Source: Opitutia bacterium KCR 482 (GTDB lineage: Bacteria; Verrucomicrobiota; Verrucomicrobiia; Opitutales; Intestinicryptomonadaceae). Taken from it: a stretch of DNA of 32,000 nt. The notes under the pieces are model-generated. The model had not been told where the DNA came from, searched no databases, and was given only the letters and a program-made list of their open reading frames with translations. The translations under genes and the position numbers were made by a program. Of this stretch, positions 15,578 through 24,911 are shown one piece after another (within the stretch, counting starts at the first letter, position 1; every line of letters starts with the position of its first letter). Location of the stretch: contig CP149973.1 in the NCBI GenBank assembly GCA_029269845.2, positions 690,001-722,000 of the forward strand, given 5' to 3'.

Positions 15578-16813
15578 ATGGAACGGTATTTGTCTTCAAT
15601 TTTTGTTGCGTTTTTTATGCTATCCCTGCCTGTCTCTGCTTCAAACGCGTATTTTGCGGGTTCGTGCGACGGAGACGCTCTCGGCTACAAAATCGGCGAG
15701 AAAATGAAGTTCTCGCTCCGAATATTGGACGACAGGGGAAATGCCGTAAAAGGCCAAAAATTCAAATGGGTGCGGCGCGGCGACGACGGAATCACCGAAT
15801 CCGGCACGGCGGTATCAGGCAAAGAACCCGTGGTAATAGAAACGTCAATCGGGGTTGCGGGATTTGTCAGAATCACGGCCACGCCCGTGGACAACAGCGG
15901 CAAAAGGGCGAAGAATTGCGACGCCTTCGACGGCGGCGCGTGCGCGGGGTTCGGCGAAATCCGGCAAACCACGCCAGAGCCCCGCGATTTCGACGGATTC
16001 TGGCGGCGTCAGCTTTCGTACCTCGACAAAGTTCCGCCGAAGTGCAAAAAAGAACCCGTATTTCTCGTCCCCGGATTCAAAACGTACATATTGACAATCG
16101 ATTGCGTCGGCAAGCCCGCCAAGGCGTACCTTACGATTCCCGAAGGGGCAAAGGAAAAGTCGCTCCCTCTTTCCGTATTTTTCAGGGGATACGGAATCGG
16201 AAGAATTTACCCAAAATTTGACCGTTCCTGCATTTCGCTTTCTGTCGCCCGGCACAGCTACGATTTGGGACGCGACGACGACTATTACAAATCCCAATCT
16301 GTTCTTTTAAAAAACTTCGGTATGAAGGCGTCCGAAAACAAAAACCCCGAAAATTCCTATTTCAGGAACATGCTCTTGCGCGACCATCGGGCAATCGAAG
16401 TCGCAAAAAAACTTCCCGAATGGGACGGCAAAAACATCAAGGTTTCGGGCGGAAGCATGGGGGCGTTCCGTTCGATATTCGCCGCAATGCTCGACAAAGA
16501 CATCACGCTTTGCGATGTGTTCATTCCATGGCTTTCGAATTTGAACGGCGAAGCGGAGGGGAAAATGAAGTCTATTTGCATGCCCGAATATGTCCCCGAA
16601 CTTCTTTACTACGACATATCGAACGCAATCAAGCGCGTGGAATGCCCCGTAAAAATCTCGGCAAGACTTGGCGACTACGAATGTCCGCCCTCGGGGATTG
16701 CGATACTTTACCACAACACAAAGGGGCGCGTCGAGCTGAATTTTAGCCAAAACGGAACGCACGGATACACTTCGCCGTGGAAAGACAATCCCACTTATTC
16801 GAGGAGCAAATAG
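15578..16813 (+). CDS. secreted acetyl xylan esterase / cephalosporin-C deacetylase family (CE7, AXE1) with ~110-aa N-terminal extra domain
   Basis: Signal peptide. RDFDGFW (compare KDFSEFW of B. subtilis Cah). YFRNMLLRDHRAIEVAKKL…IKVSGGSMGA (GxSxG nucleophile). YYDISNAIKRVECPVKISARLGDYECPP (Asp). GTHGY (His). Confidence 0.85.
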   Translation: MERYLSSIFVAFFMLSLPVSASNAYFAGSCDGDALGYKIGEKMKFSLRILDDRGNAVKGQKFKWVRRGDDGITESGTAVSGKEPVVIETSIGVAGFVRITATPVDNSGKRAKNCDAFDGGACAGFGEIRQTTPEPRDFDGFWRRQLSYLDKVPPKCKKEPVFLVPGFKTYILTIDCVGKPAKAYLTIPEGAKEKSLPLSVFFRGYGIGRIYPKFDRSCISLSVARHSYDLGRDDDYYKSQSVLLKNFGMKASENKNPENSYFRNMLLRDHRAIEVAKKLPEWDGKNIKVSGGSMGAFRSIFAAMLDKDITLCDVFIPWLSNLNGEAEGKMKSICMPEYVPELLYYDISNAIKRVECPVKISARLGDYECPPSGIAILYHNTKGRVELNFSQNGTHGYTSPWKDNPTYSRSK

Positions 16814-17040
16814 CGCGCGCCCGTTCCGTTATGAATAGGCATTTAAAGTTTTATTCGCGCGAAATCGGAACAGCTTTATCCCTGTTTTATTAGCATCGCG
16901 GCAGACGAAGAAAAGCCGCTCCGCGACGCCGGCGTTTCCGGACGCCGGAGCGGGCGTAATCGATAACAATCAGCGAGGGCGGCATTTCCCAAAGCGGCGC
17001 AGCCTGCCCACCGCTTCCTGCAAAATCTTCGCGCGGACGC

Positions 17041-17072
17041 AAAAAAACGGAATCTTGCGATTCCGTTTTTTG
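17041..17072. terminator. bidirectional intrinsic terminator candidate
   Basis: A7-ACGGAATC-TTGC-GATTCCGT-T5. Lies 21 nt after the minus-strand dehydratase stop and between convergent genes. Confidence 0.75.
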
Positions 17073-17092
17073 TGTAGATTCCCCGCGGAATC

Positions 17093-18265
17093 CTATTTCT
17101 GGAAGTATCCGCCGACCGCTTCGCCAGCGGGGCGAATGTCGGTAAGGGTGCCCTCGTAGTGGCGCAGGTTGCGGCACTCGTAGGGGTGCTTTGCGATTTC
17201 CTCTTCGTTGATGTCCAAGCCGAGACCGGGTTTGTCGGGAATGAACATTTCGCTGTTTTCGAAACGCACAACTTCGGTCGTGATGTCCTTGCGGTACGGA
17301 ATGTCCGTCGCCATCGTTTCGAGCAGGTAGAAATTGGGCATGCAGGCCGCCAGCTGGAGTGTCGCCGCGTTCGCGACGGGGCCGCTCGGATTGTGCGGGC
17401 AAACCGCGATGTGGTGCGCTTCCGCCATTGCCGCAATCTTGCGGACTTCCGAAATGCCGCCCGCGTGGGAGACGTCGGGCTGCCAGAAGTCGGCGCATTC
17501 CATGCGGAGGAAGTCGAGGTATTCCCAGCGGCTGTAAAGTCTTTCGCCGCCCGAAACGGGGGTGTCGATTTTGCTGCGAACCCACGCGAGACCCTTTTTG
17601 TCGTCCGGCGGAATCGGCTCTTCGAACCAGAGAATGTCGAATTCTTTGAGGGCGTTGCCGATGCGGACAGCCGTCGGAATGTTGAAGCGTCCGTGCCCTT
17701 CGATGATGAGGTGCACTTGGTTGCCGACGGCGTCCTTAACCGCCGCGATGCAGTCGAGGGCTTCGTGGAGTTCCTTCGGGGCGATGTGCATGTATTCCTT
17801 GCCGAATGGGTCCCACTTCAAGCCGCTGAAACCGTTTTTGACGGCGATTTTCGCCATGGTCGCAAATTCTTCGGGCTTCTTTGCGCCCGCGAACCACGCG
17901 TTTGCGTAGCACTTGATGGAGTCGCGAACCTTGCCGCCCAGCAGCTGGTAGACGGGAACGCCCAGAGCCTTGCCCTTGATGTCCCACAACGCCATTTCGA
18001 CGCCAGCGAGCGCGCTCATGAGCACCACGCCGCCGCGCCAATAGGCGTCGCGGTAGACCCTGTGCCAAAATTCCTCGATGTTGTTCGGATCCCTGCCGAC
18101 GAGGTAGCGTTCGAGTTCCTTGATTGCCTGCACAACGGTCGGCTCTCTGTATTCGAGAGTCGCCTCGCCGACGCCGGTGATGCCTTCGTCGGTAAGAACC
18201 TTCACGAAAACCCAGTTCGTGCGGTATGCGTGGCAGATGAATGTTTTTATTCCTGTGACCTTCAT
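17093..18265 (-). CDS. enolase-superfamily sugar-acid dehydratase (mandelate racemase/muconate lactonizing family, galactonate-dehydratase-like)
   Basis: MKVTGIKTF…VFVKVLTDEGITGVGEATL…ALAGVEMALWDIKGKALGVPVYQLLGG parallels DgoD/ManD-type N-terminal domains. Barrel-domain acidic ligands are present (…EGHGRF…, FEEPIPPDD, GGERLYS, DVSHAGGI). Substrate not assignable. Confidence 0.88.
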   Translation of the reverse strand: MKVTGIKTFICHAYRTNWVFVKVLTDEGITGVGEATLEYREPTVVQAIKELERYLVGRDPNNIEEFWHRVYRDAYWRGGVVLMSALAGVEMALWDIKGKALGVPVYQLLGGKVRDSIKCYANAWFAGAKKPEEFATMAKIAVKNGFSGLKWDPFGKEYMHIAPKELHEALDCIAAVKDAVGNQVHLIIEGHGRFNIPTAVRIGNALKEFDILWFEEPIPPDDKKGLAWVRSKIDTPVSGGERLYSRWEYLDFLRMECADFWQPDVSHAGGISEVRKIAAMAEAHHIAVCPHNPSGPVANAATLQLAACMPNFYLLETMATDIPYRKDITTEVVRFENSEMFIPDKPGLGLDINEEEIAKHPYECRNLRHYEGTLTDIRPAGEAVGGYFQK

Positions 18266-18290
18266 TGTGTGTGTTATTTAGAATTGAAAT

Positions 18291-19016
18291 TTAGAAAACG
18301 CGCCCCTTGACCGACGGCTCTTCGGTCTCGACGCCGAGCTTTTTGACCGCCGCCATGAACGGGCGCGGGTCTTCCGTGTTGCGGGCAAACAGCCCGTAGT
18401 GCATGGGAATTGCGAACTTGGGCCTCAGCTCTTCGACGACTTTCACGGCGTCCTCCCACGGCATGTTGCCGAGCTTGCCGTTTATGCAAATGCATACGAT
18501 GTCGGGCGCGCCGCAGACTTTCTTGACGTCCGCCGACAGCGTGGGCTGGTAGAGGGAGTCGCCGCTGATGTAGAGCTTTTTGCCCGCGATTTCGAAAACG
18601 TAGCCGACCGCGAGGGGGTCGGAGTGGTATGCGGGAACGGCGGTGATTTTAAAGGTGTCGTCCTCGAAAACGTCGCCGATGTCGAGCTTGGTGAAGTTCG
18701 ACTTGTTGTAGCCGTCCTTTTCGAAATGGTTGAGCGTGCTCGTGGGGCCCGCGAACTTGCAGTCGGGGCAGACGCCGATTATTTCGCGCACCGATTCGGG
18801 GTCGTAGTGGTCGGCGTGGTCGTGCGTAAAGCAGACCAAGTCGGGGCGAAGTTCCTCGTAGGGGACGGGGTTGGGCATCATGCGGTTCATCTGCACGTCT
18901 TTGCGCGAAACTTCGTAAAGCCTGTTCGACATGTAGGGGTCTACAACAATGCGTTTTCCGTCGGCTTCGAGAAGGAAGCCCGCCTGACACAGCCAAGTGA
19001 TTTTAAGATTTCTCAT
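18291..19016 (-). CDS. MBL-fold metallo-hydrolase (UlaG-like), possible lactonase
   Basis: HDHADH metal motif, N-terminal KITWLCQAGFLLEADGKRIVVDPY, 241 aa. Its start overlaps the upstream stop (ATGA at 19013-19016). Confidence 0.85.
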   Translation of the reverse strand: MRNLKITWLCQAGFLLEADGKRIVVDPYMSNRLYEVSRKDVQMNRMMPNPVPYEELRPDLVCFTHDHADHYDPESVREIIGVCPDCKFAGPTSTLNHFEKDGYNKSNFTKLDIGDVFEDDTFKITAVPAYHSDPLAVGYVFEIAGKKLYISGDSLYQPTLSADVKKVCGAPDIVCICINGKLGNMPWEDAVKVVEELRPKFAIPMHYGLFARNTEDPRPFMAAVKKLGVETEEPSVKGRVF

Positions 19017-20203
19017 AATTCAAATTCCTCTATTTTCAGTCTGCCCGCGGAGTTGAAATATTCAAGTTTAATCTTTCCGACCGACTGCGGAATTTCCGCG
19101 GAAATTCTCGCGCCGCGTTCGGGAGAAACCTCGACAGGCTCGCAAAGCGCGTTGCCGAGTTCGTCGAAAACGCCGATTTTCCCAGCCGCGAACGCGCCCG
19201 CCGACGCGGTCGCAAACGCCGCGCCTCCGCGCCTTTCAACGGAAAGTTTTTCAGTCAGCACGCCAAGCCCGAACAGCGATTTCACCGTTGCGCCGCGGGG
19301 AACCGCGCACGCGCGGAGCTTGTAGGAAAAACCGAAGCTTCCGCCCGCGCCGATTTTCGTAAGCGGCGAAAGCAGCTCTATTTCCATGTAGGGCGGATTC
19401 CCGACGGGGTCGTCAGCCGCCGTCCGAAGCACCCCGCGCGAGAAAATCGAGCCTCTGCCCGAAGTCCAAACCTGCACGTTTGTGCCCTGCGGGTAGCGCG
19501 CCGATTGCGGGAAGTCGCACGACGCCACGAACGCCGTTCCGTTTGCGGTATCGGTGCACGCAACCCAGCCCGCATTTGTGTTCGCGCCTATTTTGCCCAT
19601 TATGTATTTGTATGAAACTTCGCAGTTTCCGCATTCGTCGATTCCGAACTGCGGGTTGTTCACAACGCCGTGCAACACACGGAATCCGTCGGGCGACGGG
19701 AATGTTATCGACGTATTCTCGTCGGCGCGAACCTGGACGACCGGCCAAATCGACCACTCGCCGCCCCCGCCCGAAACGTCCGTAAGCGACGCGTCGACAT
19801 TCACCCCCGACTGTCCGTCGAGCAGCGATATTGTGCGGTCTATGCGCAGGCCCGTTTTGGGATCGTCGGGGCTGCGCGTCGAAATTTTCTCCGAATCCGC
19901 CGCCAGAAGCGAAAAATATCCGCCGTCGAGCACGGGATCGGGCGGGCCCGCCCATTGCCCTTTGCCGTCCCAGCCCTGCGGAGCGACCCAAACCTTCTCG
20001 CCGCCGAAGTTCCGCCAAACGCCGTCCCACGCGGGAGTCGGCTGATCGTTTTCGACGCCCGCAAGCGCGGGATTTTCGAAAAGCAGATTCCGTCCGCAGA
20101 GCGAAAACTCCGCAATGCGTCCGCCGAGACGCGGGGCGACGACGACCTTCAACGCCCCGCGCGACAATTCGACGGTTTCGGTGCTATGCCTCGACATTGG
20201 CAT
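19013..20203 (-). CDS. DUF4380 / aldose-epimerase-like domain protein (function unknown)
   Basis: The N-terminal pattern …VVVAPRLGGRIAEFSL.GRNLL… NFGGEKVWVAPQ resembles DUF4380 / galactose-mutarotase-like folds as I recall them. No signal peptide. The start (20203 or 20197) lies inside the MFS gene's 3' end. Confidence 0.6.
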   Translation of the reverse strand: MPMSRHSTETVELSRGALKVVVAPRLGGRIAEFSLCGRNLLFENPALAGVENDQPTPAWDGVWRNFGGEKVWVAPQGWDGKGQWAGPPDPVLDGGYFSLLAADSEKISTRSPDDPKTGLRIDRTISLLDGQSGVNVDASLTDVSGGGGEWSIWPVVQVRADENTSITFPSPDGFRVLHGVVNNPQFGIDECGNCEVSYKYIMGKIGANTNAGWVACTDTANGTAFVASCDFPQSARYPQGTNVQVWTSGRGSIFSRGVLRTAADDPVGNPPYMEIELLSPLTKIGAGGSFGFSYKLRACAVPRGATVKSLFGLGVLTEKLSVERRGGAAFATASAGAFAAGKIGVFDELGNALCEPVEVSPERGARISAEIPQSVGKIKLEYFNSAGRLKIEEFEL

Positions 20204-21455
20204 GGGCGACTTCGTAGTCGCGCTTATAGAAGAATTTGTAGCCTACAAACAGCAGGAAGCTTCCGAAGACCCAAACCGCCGCAAGAAGCGAAATGCCCAG
20301 CGACAGCCCCAGCACGGGCTTGAGCATGCCCAAGACCAGCGGCGAAAGCGAGCCTACGCCGAAGCCCAAAAAGAGCATTACGCCCGCCGCCGAAGCGTGG
20401 AACTTCGGGGGAATGACGTCGTAGAGCACGGGGTATGTGTTTGCGTCGAAGAAAGCGCGCGCGAAGCCGAAGCCCGCCAAGCCAAGATAGACCGTCCACA
20501 TTTCGGAAGAGTAGCCCATCATCACGATGAACGGCGCGGCGGCGAGAAGCCCGCAGCTTTGCATCAAAATTCTGTACGCGGGCTTGAAGTGCGCAAGCTT
20601 GTCGGAAATTCTGCCCGCAAGGAGAATGCCAACGAACGCGGCAATGTGCGTGTAGAACATCGAGTTGAAGCCCGCGCGGGCCAAGTCCATACCGAACTTT
20701 TCGTGTAGGAATGTTGGCGTCCAAGTAAGGTAGCCCTGCAAAACGAAAATCAGGCAAGCGAACCCGATTGTGAGAATGAGGGCGGTCGGCGTCTTGAAAA
20801 GAATCGCCATGGAGTCGAGAAATTTGACTTCGTCCTTTTTCTTCTCGGCGGGAGCGGGTTCGGGCTTTTCGGAAACCTTGTCGTGCAGACGCCACATTAC
20901 GAGCAGTCCGTGCAGAACGCCGACCGCACCGAAGATGTAGAACGCGCTCCGCCAGCCCCAACGCTCGCCAATCCAGCCGGCGAGAAGCCCGCTTACGATT
21001 ACGCCGAAATAGTACGATGTCTGGTGGATGCTCATCGCCGTGCCGCGCGTGTCTTCGTCGTGGTAGTCGGCGATTGTCGAGTAGTTGGCGGGCCCGAAAG
21101 TCGCCTCGCCCATGCCCGTTGCGATACTGCGGAAGAGAATGAAAAGCAGAAGCCCGTGGCACGCGCCCGAGGCGATTGTCGCGCCGCTCCAAAGAATAAT
21201 GCTGAACACAATAATCCGCTTGCGGCTGATTCTGTCGGCGACGAAGCCCGAAATCGGCACGAGCAGCGCGAAGACGAGGCTGAATAGCGTCGCGATAAGC
21301 CCCGCCTCGCCGTCGGTCAGTTTTAGGGTTTCTTTAATCGGCACGAGCAGCGTGTTGTAAATCTGCCTGTCCGCCTGATTGAGGAAGAACGCCACCCACA
21401 GCAGCGCGAGAACCTCCCATTTATACCATTTATGATGATTTTTACGAATTTCCAT
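20184..21455 (-). CDS. MFS transporter, anion:cation symporter (ACS; DgoT/ExuT/GudP-like sugar-acid) family
   Basis: Preferred start MEIRKNHHKWYKWEVLALLWVAFFLNQADRQ… (ATG at 21455). 12-TM layout with a central loop. The FLNQADRQ and GFVADRISRKR motifs are typical of ACS-type MFS. Confidence 0.85.
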   Translation of the reverse strand: MEIRKNHHKWYKWEVLALLWVAFFLNQADRQIYNTLLVPIKETLKLTDGEAGLIATLFSLVFALLVPISGFVADRISRKRIIVFSIILWSGATIASGACHGLLLFILFRSIATGMGEATFGPANYSTIADYHDEDTRGTAMSIHQTSYYFGVIVSGLLAGWIGERWGWRSAFYIFGAVGVLHGLLVMWRLHDKVSEKPEPAPAEKKKDEVKFLDSMAILFKTPTALILTIGFACLIFVLQGYLTWTPTFLHEKFGMDLARAGFNSMFYTHIAAFVGILLAGRISDKLAHFKPAYRILMQSCGLLAAAPFIVMMGYSSEMWTVYLGLAGFGFARAFFDANTYPVLYDVIPPKFHASAAGVMLFLGFGVGSLSPLVLGMLKPVLGLSLGISLLAAVWVFGSFLLFVGYKFFYKRDYEVAHANVEA

Positions 21456-21514
21456 ATATAGTGTGTTGCGATTTAAAATATTAACGCCTCCGCGCGGCGG
21501 CGGAAGCATCTAAG

Positions 21515-21544
21515 AAAAAAAATAAACCGCCGTTTGCGGTTTTT
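21515..21544 (-). terminator. intrinsic terminator candidate after the third glycosidase-like gene
   Basis: Minus strand: AAACCGC-AAACG-GCGGTTT followed by A-T8. Lies about 75 nt after the stop at 21618. Confidence 0.6.
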
Positions 21545-21617
21545 GTAAAGCATATAAAGCGTTTTCGGGCAAAAAAATCGGGAGTCGGCGCGATTTGTCC
21601 GGCTCCCGAAGTTTCCG

Positions 21618-24600
21618 CTATCGCGGGCGTTCGACGATTTCGAAGAACAACCCGACGTGTTCGGACGTGTCCAGCTCAATCTTCATGACGCCGTTTTCGA
21701 TTTCGAAGGGGATTTTCTCCGCGCGCGCGCCGTTCATTTTCAGCCTGAAAAAGTCGAACTTTTTGGAGGCGTCGAGTTTCAGCTCGGCGGAAAGTTTCGC
21801 CGTCTGCACGAGAATCGGCGGCTTGCCCCACGCGTTGATTTTCCTGCGCGCGATCGACAAGCCCACCCCGCTCGTAACGGTGTCGGTCGCGAGCACAAGC
21901 ACCATGCGCGACGACCCGCGAATCGGTTTTCCGTCAATCGAGACCACCGCCACCGACGCGTCCGCCCCGCAGGACTTCACGTTGAAGTCGCCGAGGTTCG
22001 CGCCCTCGCCCGCGTTGAGCACCGCCGCCTGACTCTTCGGCGTGGAGACCGTAAGCCTGCGCTTTTTGACGTCCATGAGGATTTCGCCGGTGTCGCTCTG
22101 GTAGATTTCGTTGGCGGGGTCGGAGATGTTATCCGCGGGAAGGATTCCGCGCTTTTTGAAGTCGCCGACAATGTCGGCGGTTTTGAAGTCCGCGCCGATT
22201 GTCTTGCCGACCTCCGCAAAGTTCATGGCGACCTCGACCGCCGACGCCCCCACGGGCGACATCGCCATGTCGGGCGACTTTACCTCGACCGCCTTCGTCT
22301 CTTCGAGCTTGCGGCCGTCGGGGAAAGACAGCGCAAAGCCCGTCATCAGCGAAATCCTCGACTGCTGGTCGTTTACCGCGTACGCCACGTTCGGGCTTTT
22401 TTCGAAGAACTCCCTTCCGTAGACGACGTCTATTCTGTGCGGGGAACGCTTTACGTCGCCGCGCTTGAAGAGGAAGTTCGTGAGGAAGTCGTTGGCGCGG
22501 AACACGGGGTTTACGCCGATTCCGAAAAACGAGAGCCTTCGCGGGGCGAACGCTACGGGGCTGTCGAACGCAACGAGCGCGTTGTAGCCCTGCAAGGCGG
22601 AGTACGCGGGGAAGAGCACGCCCGCCTCGTGCGCGTATTTGTTGAAGTAGCAGTGCTGGTACTCCGTGACGGCGATGGGCATTCCAGAAACGCGCTTGAC
22701 GACCGTCCCGCGCCAGTATCCGCCCGCGTTGCCTATCGAGCTGTTCTGGTTCACGTCCGCGCCGAGCGAGTACGACGACGGGTGCGCGTGGTAGGTGTTT
22801 ACCGCCGTGTAGCTGCCGCCCTCGGAGCTAAGGTATGTCCAGAAGACGTTTTTTAGGCAGTTGTTCTGGTGCGTGGGAATTTTCATGCCGATTTCCCCGC
22901 GCACGACATTCTCGCAAAACGCCTGCATTTCCTCCATCGCGCCGATTAGGAACTGCGTGAAAACCGGATTCCCCGACCTGTTCGGATACGGCGAGACATC
23001 GACCTGTTCGAACTTGTCGAACGCGCCGTTGTATGTCCACGGCTTGCCGATTCCGTCGCAATATGCGAGAAATTCGGAAACGCTCTTGAAGCGTTTTGAG
23101 AGGTATTCCGCGAATTTCGCGTTGACGAGCTTTCTGCCTTCTTCGGTAATCGCGTTGTAGACTGCGATTCCGAGCTCAAACTCGTTCCAGTACTCGATTG
23201 CCGCAATCGACGGGTCGTCCTTCCACGCCTTGCCCGTGTAGGGGTTGACGTGTTCGAGCTGCATTTTGGCGAGCTTGCGCCACGCCTCGCGCACGGCGGG
23301 GTCGCCCAGCATCATCTTGACCTTCACGGTAAAGCGGTCGTTCCATGTGAACGACGGGTCGCCGGTGTCGTGGCTGCAAATGTAGAAGAACGAGTAAATG
23401 CCCTCGCGGCCGAGCGCGTGGAGGAAGTAGTCGTACAAATCGCGGTTGAGGGGCTTGAGCTTGTAGGGGGCTTCGAACTCGCCCTTGCCCTTCATCGCAA
23501 AACGCCAGCGGATTGCGTTGTAGCCCTGCTTTTTCAGCTCCGCAACGTACTTGTCGATTTCCTCGTGCGTATTGATGTTCCAGCCGAAGCCGCAAATCAG
23601 CTCGAAGAAGTTCGCGCTCTTGAAGCGGATTTCCTCGTCGGGTCTGTCCTCGAAAACGAAGCCGCCGTTTTTGCCGATTTTCACCCTGCCGTACTTCCCC
23701 GCGGGCGCGCCCCGCGCGACGGATTCCGACATGTCGAGAGCCGAGCCTTTCTCGATTGCAAAGGTGTCGATGTCGAGCGGCTTCCAAACGGCGGGGTCGA
23801 ATTTCAGGTTTTCGGTCGTGTTGACCTCGCGCGACGACACCGTCGCCGCGACGATTTCCCAGTGCGCGCTCCGCAGAAGCTCGAAGTTCACCGACGCGAT
23901 GTCGGCAAGTCCGTCGCCGCCGACGAGGTCGAAGCGGCTCATGTATAGCACGCCGGTTTTCGATTTTTTGTCGTTGACGAAAACGGGGAGCGCGTTGTCG
24001 AACACAGCGGGGTTTTCGGTAGCCCGCCAGATGTCGGTCTTGCAGGCGACGAGCAGCTTTTTGTCGCGCCCGTCGGCGAATTTTACGGTAATTCTGCCGA
24101 GGTTTCCGTTGGCGTCGCCGCCCGCCGTGTGCAGAACGTAGAGGTATTTTCCGCGCGGAAGCGCGCCCGAAAAGTCCACTTTCGCCGAATCGCCCTTGCG
24201 GGTGATGACAACCGCCGACGCCCCCTCGTTGCGGTCGGCGTTCAGAATTTTGAATTTCATGCCGCCGTAGACGCGCCCGAGTTTGGGGGCTTTAAGTTTT
24301 GAGAACGCGGGCAGAACACCGTCGCCCGCGCCCTCCTTGAAGTCGGAGTTCGCCGCTTTCGACAAATCGACGCAGAATGAGTCTTCCCAGCCGTCGCCGC
24401 AAGACACCCGCGCGGAAAATTCCGTGCGCACGCCCTTGACGAGCCTTATTTTGTGCGAAATGCGCTTCGAGCGCGTAGTCTCCGCGCACATTCCGCCACC
24501 GCTTTCGACGGGGTTCGGCACTATCGCCACCCTGCCCGTCGGCTTCCAGCCGCCAAGACCGTCCTTGAAGTCGAAGCCCGCCGCGCCTTTGATGTCTGTA

Positions 24601-24908
24601 AAATAGACCGCCAGCGGCTTTTTGCCCTCGCCCGCGCGGAGTTCCAGCACGGCGTCGCCGTCGGCTTCGGGCACAAGCGCGAATTTCATTTCGCGGAACT
24701 TGTTTGAGGACGCCTCGCGAGCGAAGACTTTTACGCCCGCTCCGCCCGACACTTTGCAGTTCGTGCCCTCTGCGTCGATTTTAACGGGGACTGCCGTGCG
24801 CAGCACGGCCTCCGCAGGAATTTTTTTCGCGGGGATTTTCGTCTGCGAAAAAAGCGCGGATACCGTTGCCAGTATCCACGCCGTTGAAATTGCAGCATAT
24901 CTTAACAT
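21618..24908 (-). CDS. secreted multidomain protein, putative clan GH-A (GH42/GH5-like) TIM-barrel glycoside hydrolase, paralog 3
   Basis: Signal peptide. Central region carries a GH-A-like strand motif series: GYNAIRWR, FFYICSHD, IEYWNEFE (Glu codon 23181-23183), NTYHAH, IAVTEYQ (Glu codon 22662-22664). The two Glu lie 173 aa apart. Flanked by beta-sandwich-like N- and C-terminal modules. Family not assigned. Confidence 0.6.
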   Translation of the reverse strand: MLRYAAISTAWILATVSALFSQTKIPAKKIPAEAVLRTAVPVKIDAEGTNCKVSGGAGVKVFAREASSNKFREMKFALVPEADGDAVLELRAGEGKKPLAVYFTDIKGAAGFDFKDGLGGWKPTGRVAIVPNPVESGGGMCAETTRSKRISHKIRLVKGVRTEFSARVSCGDGWEDSFCVDLSKAANSDFKEGAGDGVLPAFSKLKAPKLGRVYGGMKFKILNADRNEGASAVVITRKGDSAKVDFSGALPRGKYLYVLHTAGGDANGNLGRITVKFADGRDKKLLVACKTDIWRATENPAVFDNALPVFVNDKKSKTGVLYMSRFDLVGGDGLADIASVNFELLRSAHWEIVAATVSSREVNTTENLKFDPAVWKPLDIDTFAIEKGSALDMSESVARGAPAGKYGRVKIGKNGGFVFEDRPDEEIRFKSANFFELICGFGWNINTHEEIDKYVAELKKQGYNAIRWRFAMKGKGEFEAPYKLKPLNRDLYDYFLHALGREGIYSFFYICSHDTGDPSFTWNDRFTVKVKMMLGDPAVREAWRKLAKMQLEHVNPYTGKAWKDDPSIAAIEYWNEFELGIAVYNAITEEGRKLVNAKFAEYLSKRFKSVSEFLAYCDGIGKPWTYNGAFDKFEQVDVSPYPNRSGNPVFTQFLIGAMEEMQAFCENVVRGEIGMKIPTHQNNCLKNVFWTYLSSEGGSYTAVNTYHAHPSSYSLGADVNQNSSIGNAGGYWRGTVVKRVSGMPIAVTEYQHCYFNKYAHEAGVLFPAYSALQGYNALVAFDSPVAFAPRRLSFFGIGVNPVFRANDFLTNFLFKRGDVKRSPHRIDVVYGREFFEKSPNVAYAVNDQQSRISLMTGFALSFPDGRKLEETKAVEVKSPDMAMSPVGASAVEVAMNFAEVGKTIGADFKTADIVGDFKKRGILPADNISDPANEIYQSDTGEILMDVKKRRLTVSTPKSQAAVLNAGEGANLGDFNVKSCGADASVAVVSIDGKPIRGSSRMVLVLATDTVTSGVGLSIARRKINAWGKPPILVQTAKLSAELKLDASKKFDFFRLKMNGARAEKIPFEIENGVMKIELDTSEHVGLFFEIVERPR

Positions 24909-24911
24909 AAA

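Noticed and set aside
17159-18310. 383-aa plus-strand ORF antisense to the enolase-superfamily gene
   Set aside because: Shadow ORF. The opposite strand encodes a protein with complete family motifs.
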